Shown piece by piece: positions 1 through 12,916 of a DNA stretch of 64,000 nucleotides. Location of the stretch: contig OZ024742.1 in NCBI GenBank assembly GCA_964016885.1, positions 318,494,001-318,558,000 of the forward strand, written 5' to 3'. Position 1 is the first letter of the stretch; the number at the start of each line of letters is the position of its first letter. The notes under the pieces were generated by a model that had not been told where the DNA came from, ran no database searches, and worked only from the letters and a program-made list of their open reading frames with translations. This DNA comes from Eledone cirrhosa (Eukaryota). Made by a program: the position numbers and the translations under genes.

Positions 1-209
1 AGCCCCTCCAATAATATGAAAACTTGTTGAATGATCTCCTTTTCAGCAGCTTGGAGAATCAAAACCTGGCAACAATCCAGCATGGGGTGGAAAACATTTA
101 ATTTGCTCTGCATTTTAAATATTTACAAAGCATTAACTGATGAAATTGATGTGGTCTTTGGCGGAAAGGATTTTGTTTCCAAGAGCTATGATAGTTACAG
201 CATATTTGG

Positions 210-620
210 AATAGTTGTCAGTGGTGTTGGTGGATATAGTTTAGTAGTTGTGGTGCTGGGTGTGGTGTGGTGTTGCTGGGTGTGGTGTTGGTGGATGTGC
301 TGTTGGTGGGTGTGGTGTTGATAGTTGTACTGTTGGTGGGTATGGTGTGATGGATGTGCTGTTGATAGTTGTGCTGTTGGTGGGTGTGGTGTTGATAGTT
401 GTGCTGTTGATAGTTGTGCTGTTGGTGGGTGTGGTGTTGATAGTTGTGCTGTTGATAGTTTTGCTGTTGGTGGGTGTGGTGTTGATAGTTGTTCTGTTGA
501 TGGGTGTGGTGTCAGTGGGTAGTTGTAGTGTTGGTGGGTGTGGTGTGGTGTTGGTAGTTGTTGTTGGTGGGTGTGGTGTTAGTGGGTAGTTGTGATGTTG
601 CTGGGTGTGGTTGGTTTGGT
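210..620. repeat. GT-rich minisatellite (15-bp units gttgatagttgtgct / gttggtgggtgtggt)
   Basis: Direct inspection. It explains the Cys/Val/Gly-rich ORFs at 31-589. Confidence 0.9.
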
Positions 621-949
621 GTCAGCAGTTCCATAGTCATGAGAGCTTCCCTAATGCTGGGTGACCTACACCATAAATGATCATGTTCACTCTGTAAAAT
701 GGTTGGTGATAGGAAGGGCATCCAGCCATAGAAAACCTGCCAAATAAAAGGTTGGGAAGACTCTTCAGCTATACCAAAGACATGACAACTTTCCTAGTGT
801 TGGTGCCACAATTAAATACCCTCGCTAGAGCCTGGGATCATATGCTGAGCTCCTGGCCCACTTGGAAGTTAGAGACTCTGCTTGAGTGATGATATGTCCA
901 ACCCTTGCTCGCAGGGAAAATGGACATTAAACAATGACAATGATATATA

Positions 950-1257
950 TCATCATCATCATCACCGTTTAACGTCTGTTTCCATGTTAGAATGGGTTAG
1001 ACGGGTTGTCTCGTTTGAGGCAAGTTGGGTTAGGGCTGGGTGATTTTTGTCATGACACCTACATGACCACTTTACAGTGTTGCCTGGAGGCTTCACTAGA
1101 TGTATGCTACAGCCTGTCCTCATGAGAGATGTATTAGAGGGTGGAGTGGGGTTGGGGTAGTGCATACTATATATATGTATACTTGAGCTTCAGCCTCTGT
1201 GTCCATGGGAAGGCGGGTCTTCTGTATTACTGTGTAACGCCAGAGATTCCAGTCCTC
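950..1257 (-). mobile_element. RTE LINE 3'-end fragment
   Basis: Encodes LWRYTVIQKTRL, like the RTE C-terminus; (CAT)n tail at about 950. Confidence 0.7.
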
Positions 1258-1326
1258 TGTGTGTGTGCGTGTGTGTGTGTGTGTGGAGAGAGAGAGATTT
1301 AATAGAATCAAAGTCAGCATTGCAGC

Positions 1327-1450
1327 ATGTATACAAACTTTATTTGAGATATTACAATTGTTTCAATATCAATCAGCTCGGGGTACAATCCAGATGATGG
1401 AGCCCTGACTCTTTTTCAACATCTCGTCAGATATACGAGTTTATATGTGC
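1327..1450 (-). ncRNA. Type I minimal hammerhead ribozyme motif (Penelope/retrozyme type)
   Basis: Minus strand reads tatat-CTGACGA-[long stem II, gatgttga...ttgatatt]-GAAAC-aatt-GTA-atat. Core intact, palindromic AATT loop III, stem I 4 bp plus a distal 9-bp helix (atataaact/agtttgtat). Confidence 0.7.
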
Positions 1451-1746
1451 AGAGACACATCTAAACTTTGCACACATTATCCTTGAAATTGATGAAAGTA
1501 CCATTTAAATATTTATGTGTTGTGGTTTTGGATCAAAAAGTATTTTTCAGCTTCTTAGGATAAAAAAATTATCTTAATATTTAATAAGATAGCTTTCCTC
1601 TCTATATATTTCACTAATCCCTTAACATTTGTTAAACCCTTCCCCCCCACTCTGTTCCACATCCATACATATGCTCTCCCCAACTCCACAAACCTCTATG
1701 CACGTGTTGCAGATATGTGTATGCGTATGACTTTTCTTGTTGCTAG

Positions 1747-1849
1747 GTAACAATGATGTCTTTGCCACAATACAGCTGGGTAAAGAGAAATACCAGACAA
1801 CCACAATAAAGAAAGCCCGCAATCCAGAATGGTTTGAAGAATGTGATCT
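1747..1849 (+). CDS. RAB11FIP: Rab11 family-interacting protein (class I), internal exon, C2 domain part 1
   Basis: Acceptor ttgttgctag| and donor |gtaagt. Translates NNDVFATIQLGKEKYQTTTIKKARNPEWFEECD, matching the Rab11-FIP class I C2 pattern (ND..IQLGKEKY.T...P.W.EEC). Phase 1 in, phase 2 out. Confidence 0.92.
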
Positions 1850-2402
1850 GTAAGTACTGAAAACTTTTTATTACAATTACACCGGGGATGGGGGGGGGGG
1901 GGGGGGCAGTAACATTGGTGTGGAGGTGTGGTTGTGATGGCAGTAGTGATAGTAGTTATAATAGTGTGGTAGTTGTGGTGGTAGCAGTATAGATAATAGT
2001 GGCGGTGGCGGTGTGATGGTGGTAGCAGTAGTGATAATAGTGGTGGTCGCAGCGATGGCGGCAGTTGTTGTTCCTGTCAGTTTTTTTTATTACCTAGTCA
2101 GTAGGTGAAGGGTAATAATACCCATGATCTTTGCCAAAGTCTTCAAGACTGCTCAGAGGAAAAAAGTCTCAGACTGGAACAATCTTGTCTGAATTTTTTC
2201 AACAAGGTGTGACCTGCTAAAGACACACAAGGGCCAGAAAGTGATAACAGAGTTGGTTCTATGTACTTGTTTACACTATTGTATATACTTGAATATGAGC
2301 TGATCTGAGTATAAGCCAACCTCCTATTTTATGTCTAAGAAATAGGCAAAGATCCAAACCCCTTGTATAAGCTGAGGCAAGTAATCAACACATTGTTTAT
2401 AC

Positions 2403-2691
2403 CAGTCATGGGCAACCTGCAGCCCGCGAAGCTTTCTGAATGGCTTGCCTAAGTCACCTAAGTGAAATCTTTCTGATATTTTACCTCAACTTTTCAGTCG
2501 TAATTTATCTTTCTATCATTTTTACGATCGAGGAAAACGTGTACAATTTCTGAAGAAACAAATCAAAACAACCTGAGTTATTGCCTTTTTTTTTTAAATG
2601 TGGGCACGAATGTAAATTAGTGCTTGCGGCCCGCCTGATGATGAGCCATATCTCATGCAGCCCACTTCTCTAAAAAGTTTGCCCATGCCTG
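2403..2691. mobile_element. hAT (Charlie-like) MITE
   Basis: TIR cagtcatgggcaa / ttgcccatgcctg; imperfect 8-bp TSD gtttatac / gtttaaat. Confidence 0.7.
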
Positions 2692-3948
2692 GTTTAAATG
2701 GTGCAGTTTTGAAATTCTCATGAATGGAGAATATATTTAGAGAATATATTTATGAAGTCTTAATATTTTGATTTCTAAAATGTTTTAAGTATTGTTGAGA
2801 ATTTGTTTTTGTTTCACAACTCCATTACGATTTTTTTATCAATTTCTGGCCATATTCATTCAAAACTTATCAAAAATAGGAATTTCATGTTGAAAGTAAA
2901 AATATTTTGGCTCCTCATCTACATAGAATTTTGAAGTTAGTAAAAATCAGCAAAATATTGACTTCGAATATTGGTGTCATTATAATCATCTATAGCCTAA
3001 ATTAGAACCCATTTTTATCATTATTATTAGGGTGGTGGATTGTCAGTAGAGCATCAGACACTATGCTTTGTGGCATAGTTATAGTCCTTTACGTTCTGAG
3101 TTCAAATCCTGCTGAGGTTAGCTTTGCCTTTCATCCTTACGGGGTTCGATAAAATAAAGCACCAGTAATGCACTGGAGTCAATTTAATCAACTTACCCCT
3201 TTCCCCAAATTGCTGGTCTTGTGCCTATAGTAGAAATCATTATAATTATTATTCAAATTCTGCCAAGGTAAACTTTGCCTTTCATACTTCCAGGGTCAAT
3301 AAAATAAAGTACTTATCAATATAATAAACTGAGCCCCTTCCCTAAATTTGAGGCCTTGTGCTTATTTCTATAAGAAATGTTCTAGAAGCCAGGAGGACAT
3401 CTCCACCAACACAGGAGTAGTTCCATCCTATCTTCTTGTAGTGATGGTGAGGAGAGGGACACTCAAGGTAAGAAACTGTAGGAGAGAGTAAAAGAATTAG
3501 TTGAAACAAGAATTACCCCCTCCTCCTCCCACCCCCACCCCCTCCCACACAAAAAAGAAAGAATTAGCTCCCAAAAAAGGATTAGCCCCCCAAATTAACA
3601 CTCCCCCCACCGTAAACAATAGCTCTGATAAAAGTATTGATTTGTCCAGCAGAAAAATGAACACAAAATAATAATTATGAAGACGATGATTATTATTATT
3701 AGTTTGGCAGTATCAGTAAAGCGTTGGACACCATGTTTCGGGGCATAGAGTTACGTCCCTTTACATTCTGAGTTCAAATCCCAATAAGGTTAGCTTTGCC
3801 TTTCATCCTTACAGGGCCGATAAAATAAAGTACCAGTCATACACTGGGTTCAATTTAATCAACTTTACCTCTCACAAAATTGCTGGCCTTGTGCCTAAAT
3901 CAGACCATTATCAGTAGTAGAATTTTGTTTTGTTTTGTTTTTTTGTAG

Positions 3949-4077
3949 TTCAATAAGTAATAGAGATGGTGAAATTAAAGTCAACCTTTTTCATCGAGGT
4001 AAAATAGCTGATGAACTTATTGGATATGCTCTCATACCTCTACAAGACTATCAGAACCTTGACCAACAGAAAAGCCA
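3949..4077 (+). CDS. RAB11FIP: Rab11-FIP exon, C2 domain part 2
   Basis: ttttgtag| and |gtaagt. Translates SISNRDGEIKVNLFHRGKIADELIGYALIPLQDYQNLDQQKS (C2 pattern HR...D..IG...IPL). Phase 2/2, compatible with both neighbours. Confidence 0.9.
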
Positions 4078-4443
4078 GTAAGTTTCTTTGTTCATAGTTT
4101 TCCTGGTGAGTTTTTGTCCATGTAGAACTTTATCTCACACATAAATATACATACTTCTCCCTACGCTATTTAGAACACTGGTTTAACCGCTTTACTTCCC
4201 TCCAAAGAAGAGATATTATCTCGAAAATTAAGGACATTTAAATAAATCTAAGGTAAAAGACTAATTGTCAACAATATCTTTTGCATTTGCATTCTTTATT
4301 CTATGTCCATACCTGCCTTGTTTTGGCTTTATTATACATATACAAACGTTTATATATATATATATATATATATATATGGATATCACCATCATTATCAATG
4401 CAGATATATATATATTTCATGCATGTATATACATGGTTATACC

Positions 4444-4524
<81 letters not shown>

Positions 4525-4529
4525 GGACT

Positions 4530-4714
4530 TAAAAATGATGGCGGTGAACGGAGGCGGGGTTGCCCAAGGATCACCTGGCGACGAACGTTCCAGAAGGACC
4601 TGATGGCAGCCAACATCACCTGGCATGGTCTCGAAAAAGTTGCCGCTGATCGTGACCATTGGCGAGTAGTTACTGCTTGATGCGCCGAACGGCGCAGAAG
4701 AATCTAAGACTAAG
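4530..4714 (+). mobile_element. RTE-like LINE extreme 3' fragment
   Basis: GERRRGCPRITWRRTFQKDL...ADRDHWR followed by a short repeated tail (ctaagactaag); follows a (TA)n(CA)n tract. Confidence 0.65.
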
Positions 4715-7700
4715 ATATATTGCACTAGTTCAATCAGCTGGAAATGAGTACCAATGGCAGCTGGGGTTTGCCGTGTGGTAGACTAGCATCCTGTCCGGCA
4801 CTCTCCATTGTTTAATGCTCATGAAACCAAGATAAGCTCCAGATTTCATTCAACCGGTGCAAGCATTGTAAAACAGGCATGAAACAAGAACTTGTTTGAA
4901 ACAAAGTATTTGTACAACTACTATTACTACCTTCTTCTTACGTCCCCTTATTCCTGAGAGAGCTATGGGAACAGTTTTTTTTTGTACTATTTTAAGGCAT
5001 TTATAACATTCAATTTTTCATCTTTGGGGTGGAGATGGCCATCCACAAAAACAAGACCTGTGAGATGTACTAGCTCTATCAGCACATCATCCTCGCCATT
5101 CTACTAGATAACTCATTTGTCATTTTGTCAACCAGAACGATGAAACATTTACATGACATACTGTTATTTCTTTTGCATATTTTTTATTATCAGTTAATCC
5201 AAAATTTAACCCTTTAGCATTTACATTACTCTCTATATACTATTGTATTTTCACAGTAAAGGCTTTATCTCACATAATATTGAACCTATGAGATTTTGAT
5301 ATTATTTATTTTGAGAACAATACCTTAACATCAGTATGGGTGACCAGTTACAGCCAGTTTTAACAGAAGGTTAGAGGATTCTAGCCAGATTACAGCCAGT
5401 TTAAATGCTAAAAGGTTAATGGAAACTATTTTCATATATCAGTCTGCATGTAGTTCTGATACATGATATTCTAAAAAATTCAGCTAACAACTATATTAGA
5501 GATTAAATGTAAGCAAAAAATTCCAAATGCATTTTTTTTTTTTTTTTTACATATGTTTATCACATCTACAATACATTCCTGACTGGGAGTGTCATGTTAC
5601 ATATTCCAGCAGTAAGTTTGCAACCATTCCTTTTGATATCTTTTTTTTTTTTCAGTGACAAAAATATCTCAAGGAAATCTCTTTCACCTTGTATATCAGA
5701 TATGTCACAAAGACTTTCAGAGAGAAATGATAAATGTGGATTGCATCTTGAATATTGAAAGTTTTGAAGTAAATCATAAACAATATAATTATTGTTGTCA
5801 TAGTTATCTGCTAGATTTACCCCCCCCCCAAAAAAAAAATTCTAGTATAATTCTTTAATCCTTTACCATTTACATTACTCTATATTTACTATTATATTTT
5901 CATAGTAAAGGCTTTATCTCACATAATATCGAATCTATGAGATTTTGATATCATTTATTTTGAAAACAATACCTTAACATTAGTATGAGCAACCGGTTAC
6001 AGCTGGTTTAAGCAAAAAGAGGTGAAAGAATTATACCCGGGTATGGTGAGTTTAAATGCTAATAAGTTAAAAGTGTTCCAGATATAGAGTTCTAATATGT
6101 GGGTTCCAAAAGATTAAAAAAGACCTCTTCCTTGATTTCACTACCACACTCAAATGACACTCTAAAGTCTTAGAAAAGGAGAAACACATTTATTAATGCA
6201 ATCCTATATATATATGCAATGTCCAAGAAAATGACAATATTGTCATGACTGAAATGTCATTGATCATAGTTTTACTCATTCAAGGTTAACCAAACAACAA
6301 CAACTATGTCTGATAGGGTTGTCATGAATGGAATGTCTTTTGGGGTTAACCAACAACAACCCTGGTGCATTAAGCCATCAGATGTCAGACATAAAAAAAA
6401 CAACACTCCTCACAATTATAATATTATAATAGGATTATATTATAATATTATAATAGAATTACGTTATAATAAAATAATGGCTATTTAAAAAAAATATTTT
6501 GTATAAACATGTCCACCTTACTTTCAGTCCTCGTAGTCCCCCTCTCATTGTATTAAGCAACTATATCTGACAGGCTATTCTTCAAAAATTGTATACTCAT
6601 ACTTGATGTTCACCTGTAAATGGGTTAACTGTCACTCCTTGTTCTCAGATAGTTTAACTAAGTTAAATATAAGCCAGTCATTGAATCATGACAGTGATTC
6701 TCCACTTTTATTTTGGTCCACACTTCATTGTTATTCAGTATTACCCCTGCTGTAGACCTCACACATCACAATCTATTAAAAAAATAATTTTTTTTTAAAG
6801 CAGAGAATTTGCAGCCATATGTGGCAACAAGCAATGATAAAGTTTATGGCAGGGGGTAATGCTGAGAGACAGAAAAATAAATGACATAGTAAGAGACAGA
6901 CTGAGAGCTAATATTGGTTTCTGATTTAGGCACAAGGCCAACAATTTGGGAGAGGAGAAAGTCGATTAAATCAACCCCAGTGTGTTACTAGTGCTTTATT
7001 TTATCGACCCTGTAAGGATGAAAGGCAAAGCTAACCTCGGCGGGATATGAACACAGAACGCAAAGGGCCATAACTCTATGCTGCAAAGATGGTCTCTACG
7101 AATGTTACCAATATATTGTGATTACCAAAGTCATCCAGAAGTACCGACTCCAATGGTTTGACCACATTGTTTGCTAACTAGAGACATCAATGGTCTATTA
7201 AATATTAAAGGGAGATTTCCAAGGCCTGAGGAAAATATGCAGACCACTGTTGTAAAGGAGGGAAAATACATAGCTCACAGGATGTCTCACTGGTTGATCT
7301 TGTCCAGAATGGGGTATATCCATGAGTGCCTTACCTGCCAAAACATATAAACATATACCGCATGCACATGCAGCAAGAACATGTCTTCTCTGTCCAACCA
7401 ACAGAAATCCAAGAGGCACACCATGCTACTTTTACTCCCGTTTACATGACATCACTTGCCCTTATGCTTCCGGCAAAGCCCCATGTTGTCCCTAACTTTT
7501 ATACTTCCAGCAAGCCCCCCCGTTCCACAACCACCAACGAGATGATGAGATAATTGTTTCTACTTTTTGGCACAAGGCCAGCAATTATCCCAGTGTATTA
7601 CTGGTACTTTATTTTATCGACCCCGTAACTGTGCTACAAAGCATGGTGTCCGACCCAAAGAGATGATGAGATAATATTTGTGAATACCAGCAACTGTTGC

Positions 7701-8149
7701 TTTTAACATATGAATGACTTGCAGATAATCAGGTCCAATGGAAGCAACATATATATACTATTGGCCAGCAAAGAAGCTGAATAACTCTATGCATAAATCA
7801 TCAATTATTAATCAATACATTAAACTTTTGATACCAAACTGCCTCTAACTGTAGACACAAAGTTGTTTATTTTAAACTGTTTATATTTATCAAAAAATCT
7901 TCCATCATAATTTTATGTGAGAACCTTTAATAAGTTATATTCCAAATATCAGATTAATAATGAGAAAGTTAATTATATTACTTATCATCTTTACAACCAC
8001 AGTCAAACATTTCTGACATTGTCTCCCTTCAATTCATGATTTTCCATTGTTCTTGGCAACTGTTCTCTACTGAGGTTTGTATCATCTGATAGTTGATTGA
8101 TGAGAGTTCAAGCAGCTCTTCCTCTACTGTCTCCTATAAGTTGATTCTC

Positions 8150-8520
8150 ACAATAGTAGCTTGTGTATAACTTCCTGCTTACTTCTCCAGCAATGTTCTA
8201 CCAATCGTAACTGTCTTTAAGCTATTGTAGTTGTTATCTTGGGCAAGTGTCCGTACAAACTTCCATTTGTAATATGTTGATGCCAGTTTATATTTTGTAC
8301 AACCCTAAGCATTTTAGTGTATGCACCATCTAGTTTCTTCTCAAGTGCTTGTGTTAGGGTCCATGTACCTGATCTATACAATAGCACTGACTCAACAGAT
8401 ATTCTGAAGAGTGATATTTTTATTTTTCTGGGTAGATCTGACTTCCACATCCTTTCCATTTTGTTCATTACAACCCAGACTTAGAAAATTCTAATTCAAT
8501 GTCCTTTTTTGATGAAGTTG
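8150..8520 (-). mobile_element. Degenerate RTE-clade LINE fragment (different family)
   Basis: VESVLLYRSGTWTLTQALEKKLDGAYTKMLR is a typical RTE C-terminal region. It sits inside a TTAA-MITE (about 7820-8588). A related remnant lies near 47620-47900. Confidence 0.7.
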
Positions 8521-10134
8521 TTTTGCAAATCCCTCCAAATTCTTGATGATTTTCATAATTATTTGAATTATAGTAATGTAAAGGTTAAAACAACAGTAAT
8601 AATTGAAGTACAATCAGAGCTCTAATACAAGATTTCATCTATCCACAAAGGAGTGTTTATTAGATTCAAAGAGAATTTGGGTCAGAATCAGGCTAACTTT
8701 TTCTGCTCTAATTATATTTGATCTATAATTTTTAGTGTGTGTTTTACATTATATATTGTATTTGAATGTAATCTTTTTTCATTAGTTCCTATTCTATTTT
8801 ATATAAAGTCTTCCATCTTCATTGTTCCTCATTCACTCCCTAATTGATAAAGAGGCAAATTCCTCCCTACCTTGTAGATAAGCATTGCTCTATGAAAATG
8901 TTACCCTAGTCAGTAATAGGTGGAAATGGGGAAGGTGGGCTACACAGGAGTACAACATTCCCCTGTTTTTCAGTTTCTCATAGAAGTGATATAGTGTTTC
9001 CCAACCTCTTCCTCAACCCCAATATTATAGAATGAATAGGATAGATGGTATGGTAGCAAATAAAGCAATAGAGAGACTGAACAGGAGCATTGTGGGCAAG
9101 AGAGGACCATAATATATTATTCATCCCAACCTCCATCAAACCACCAGCGTCAGACACCAGACTTCGCAGCATAGTTATGGCCCTTTATATTTTGAGTTCA
9201 AATCCGGCCAAGGTTAGCTTTGCCTTTCATCCTTACGAGGTTGATAAAATAAAGCGCCAGTAATGCACTGGGGGCGATTTAATCAACTTTCCCCCCCCCC
9301 CAAATTGCTGGCCTTGTGCCTATAGTAGAAATCATTATTTTGTATATATATGTATATATATATACATATATATATGTGTGTGTGATGGTGGGCATGCTGT
9401 GATCAGGCATGGCTATCAAAATGACATCAGCTTGAGTCCCATGTGTGCTGCAAACAGATATGGCTTTTTAGGCCTGCAAGTGACTTACAGTGTTTTGCAC
9501 AAAGTTGGTGTGTAACATTCTTGATATATTATTATTGGCCTCTTGAAGCTCATTAAGCACTTTGATGTGCCTTTTTAGGCCACCAACATGTATATGATGA
9601 TGATGATCTTTTGTTAATTTTGACACACCTGTCACCCAGTTACTTGATCAATGGAACAACCTACTGAATGAATTATATAATATAAGTTTATAAGTATTCC
9701 ACGAATACTTGCACTCATAATATACGCCTCAGGCCGAATCTGTGTGACAGTGTGTGAGACTAAGCTGAACTTTGAAATCTCAGGTATAGTCCATCTGACA
9801 GACTTCCACACAATTTTCATGTACTTAATTTAATTCAAAAGACTTGGGATGATTGGAGGCAAAAGAAATTTGCCCAGTAGGGGTAATGTTATTTATTCTT
9901 TTTTTATTGGTCTTCTCAGTCAAAGTTGCTGCTGGTTCTGATACAAAATTGTTTATTTTTAATGTTTATATTTATCTAAAAACCTTCAAGTTATGTTCCA
10001 AGAAAGTTAGTTAAATTACTAAATCCCTTCTAATCCTTCATGATTTTTTAAATAATTTGAAAATTATAGGCAGTCTTTCATTAGAAATATAGTAATGAAG
10101 GTGTTAATGTATGCATTACAATACTTTCTTGCAG

Positions 10135-10298
10135 TTGGATCACTTTGAAGAGTAAAGCAAAGAAAAATAGCATTGTGAAAGACCAAGGAGAACTGGAAAT
10201 ACGTTTAAATTTTCACATGGTAAAAAAAGATGATGAATTTCCAACATTAGAGAGAAGGTCATATACTGGTTCTTTGAGACACTTAGCCACCACAATGG
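10135..10298 (+). CDS. RAB11FIP: Rab11-FIP exon, end of C2 domain
   Basis: ttcttgcag| and |gtaagt. Translates WITLKSKAKKNSIVKDQGELEIRLNFHMV...TTM (FIP C2 end W..L.SK...GE.E....F). Phase 2/1. Confidence 0.9.
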
Positions 10299-10595
10299 GT
10301 AAGTTTTTGTATGCTTTTGTGATAATTGGTATTGTTATGGAGCTATGTAAGAAATTATTATTGTTGTTATGTGCCTATGTAAGAAATTATTATTATTGTT
10401 TTTGTTAATCTTTATTGACCATAGACGGGGTCAATAAAATAAAATGCCACTCAAGTACTGACGTCGATCTAATCAACTTCCCCATATATTGCTGGCCTTG
10501 GGCATAAGGTAGAACTTATTTTTATAAAAAATAAGGCACAGTTCCACATAATAGAGAATTAACAGTACTTATTAGTTCAAAGTGTGTGTGTGTGT

Positions 10596-12840
10596 TGCGT
10601 CAAGGAAAACCGTGATATTGTCGGGGAGAAGTGTGTACTAAACGACGATGGCACACTTGCCATCACCGACGCTGATAAGAAGGTAGCTTGGAAGTGTCAC
10701 TATGAAAGGCTTCTAAATGAGGAGAATAATTGGGAGAAAGGCAGTCTCCCCCATATCGACCCAATAGAGGGACCAGCAGTGTTAGTCGAGGGGAGTATAA
10801 TAAGTAAGGCAATCAAGGATATGAAGACTGGTAAGGCGGCTGGGCCTTCGGAAATAGTTGCTGAGATGCTGAAGGCATCTGGCACGGTGGGACACACCAT
10901 GGTCACCCGCATAGTTAACCAAGTCGTACAGAATGGGGTTGTTCCGAAGGACTGGCATAGCAGCATCATCGTTAACTGTTATAAGGGTAAAGGAGACGCC
11001 CTAGATAGGAGTAACTATAGAGGCATTAAATTAATCGACCAGGTCATGAAGGTCACGGAAAGAGTAATAGCGCAACTAATCAGAGAGAGAATTGACCTAG
11101 ATGAAATGCAGTTCGGGTTTGTGTCAGGCAAAAGTACCACAGACGCTCTTTTCATAGTACGACAACTACAGGAGAAGTACCTAGCTAAAGGTAAACCCCT
11201 CTACTTAGCTTTTGTCGACTTGGAGAAAGCCTTCGACAGAGTCCCCCGCTCCATTATCTGGTGGGCTCTTAGAAAACTAGGCGTTGACGAATGGCTTGTG
11301 AGGGCTATACAAGCCATGTATAAAGAAACAGTCAGCAAGGTTAGAATTAACAACGAATATAGTGAAGAGTTTAGCGTAAAAGTTGGCGTCCATCAGGGCT
11401 CTGTTCTCAGTCCACTACTATTTATTATTGCCCTTCAGGCTATAACAGAGGAGTTCAAGACAGGCTGCCCATGGGAACTCCTATACGCAGACGACCTGAC
11501 ACTCATAGCGGAATCAATGGCCGAGCTAGAGAAGAAATTCCAAACATGGAAGCACGGCCTAGAGTCAAAAGGACTTAAAATTAACCTGGCTAAGACCAAA
11601 GTACTAGTTTGTAGGAAAGAAAACAAGGCGGCGGTCCCTTCTGGGAAATGGTCGTGCTCGGTGTGTAGGAAAGGCGTAGGTAGAAACTCCATTTTATGTC
11701 CTAAATGCAAAGTATGGGTGCATAAAAGATGTAGTGGGATCACAGGTAAGCTAACTAAGAACATAGATTTTACATGTGGCCGGTGCTCTGGTGCAATAAG
11801 TAGCAGCAAGTGCCCACAAACTACTAGCTCTTTCAATTGCGCAGAGGGTTCTATAGAAATAGTGGACAGCTTCCGTTACCTGGGCGATAAAATCAGCAGT
11901 GGGGGAGGGTGCTCTGAAAGTACTGTAGCTAGAGTCAGAACTGGTTGGAAAAAGTTCAGAGAGCTTATACCACTATTAGCTGCTAAAGGGTTCTCACTAA
12001 AAATGAAAGGCAGGTTGTACGATGCCTGCATACGAACAGCAATGCTGCATGGCAGTGAGACCTGGGCATTGTGTGCAGAGGATATACGCAGACTAGAGAG
12101 GAACGAAGCTTGCATGCTCCGCTGGATGTGTAACAGTAATATACGTGAACGGCAAAGCATAAACGAACTAAGGAAAAAAATTAGAGATAAGAGGGATCAG
12201 ATGTTGTTTACTCGAGAGAAGGCTACGTTGGTATGGACACGTGATGCGCATGAAAGTCGATAGCTGTATAACAAAGTGCAGGGCAATAAAGATAGACGGT
12301 AGTCACGGAATAGGCAGACCTAGAAAAACCTGGGACGAGCTGATAAACTCCGACATCACACACTTACACCTCTCCAAGACAATGTCACTGGACCGAGACC
12401 TTTGGCGGTACTCAGTAACAGAGAAGACCCGCCTTACCTAAATATATAGTAAAACCTACTCCAGCCAGTAGGCATCTCTAACAAAATACACCCCGTCCCA
12501 CCACCCCCACCCCCACCCGATCCACACCACCCCGTTCTATGTAAAGTTATGTTGGTGCCGCGCCATCGAGGCCGAAACAAATGAGATCGTGTAGGTGTCA
12601 CGACAAAAAAACACACAGTCCACGCTGTAATGTGGCCGTGTAGGCAACACGGTAAAAACCTCCCAGACCCACACTGTAAATGTGGTTGGTGTTAGGAAGG
12701 GCATCCAACTGTAGAAAACCTGCCAGACAGTCCTATGCGAGCAAGACAATCACTCTTGCCTCAAGTGGGACTACCCCCGTCCAAACCCATGCAAGCGTGG
12801 AACACGGACGTTAAACGTTGATGATGATGATGATGATGAT
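10596..12840 (+). mobile_element. RTE-clade LINE, 5'-truncated, young (subfamily A); RT with inserted PHD finger
   Basis: ORF 10584..12263 has RT motifs (KAAGPS, NYRGIKL, QFGF, FVDLEKAFD, GVHQGSVLSP, YADD, YLG) and an RTE-type C-terminus (GSETW; RPRKTW in the shifted frame). One +1 A frameshift at about 12174-12180. 3' UTR ends in (GAT)n. Confidence 0.93.
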
Positions 12841-12916
12841 ATATAAGCTTTCACCGTATTTTTGACTAAAGAAATGTTACCCCGATTAGAACTGTTTCAT
12901 TCATATGAAATTATTG

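Noticed and set aside
31-721. Cys/Gly/Val-rich ORFs resembling keratin-associated or membrane proteins
   Set aside because: Products of the GT-rich minisatellite, open in several frames.
1-1746. First coding exon of Rab11-FIP
   Set aside because: No segment encoding the expected C2 N-terminal strand with a phase-1 donor was found; it presumably lies upstream of the window.
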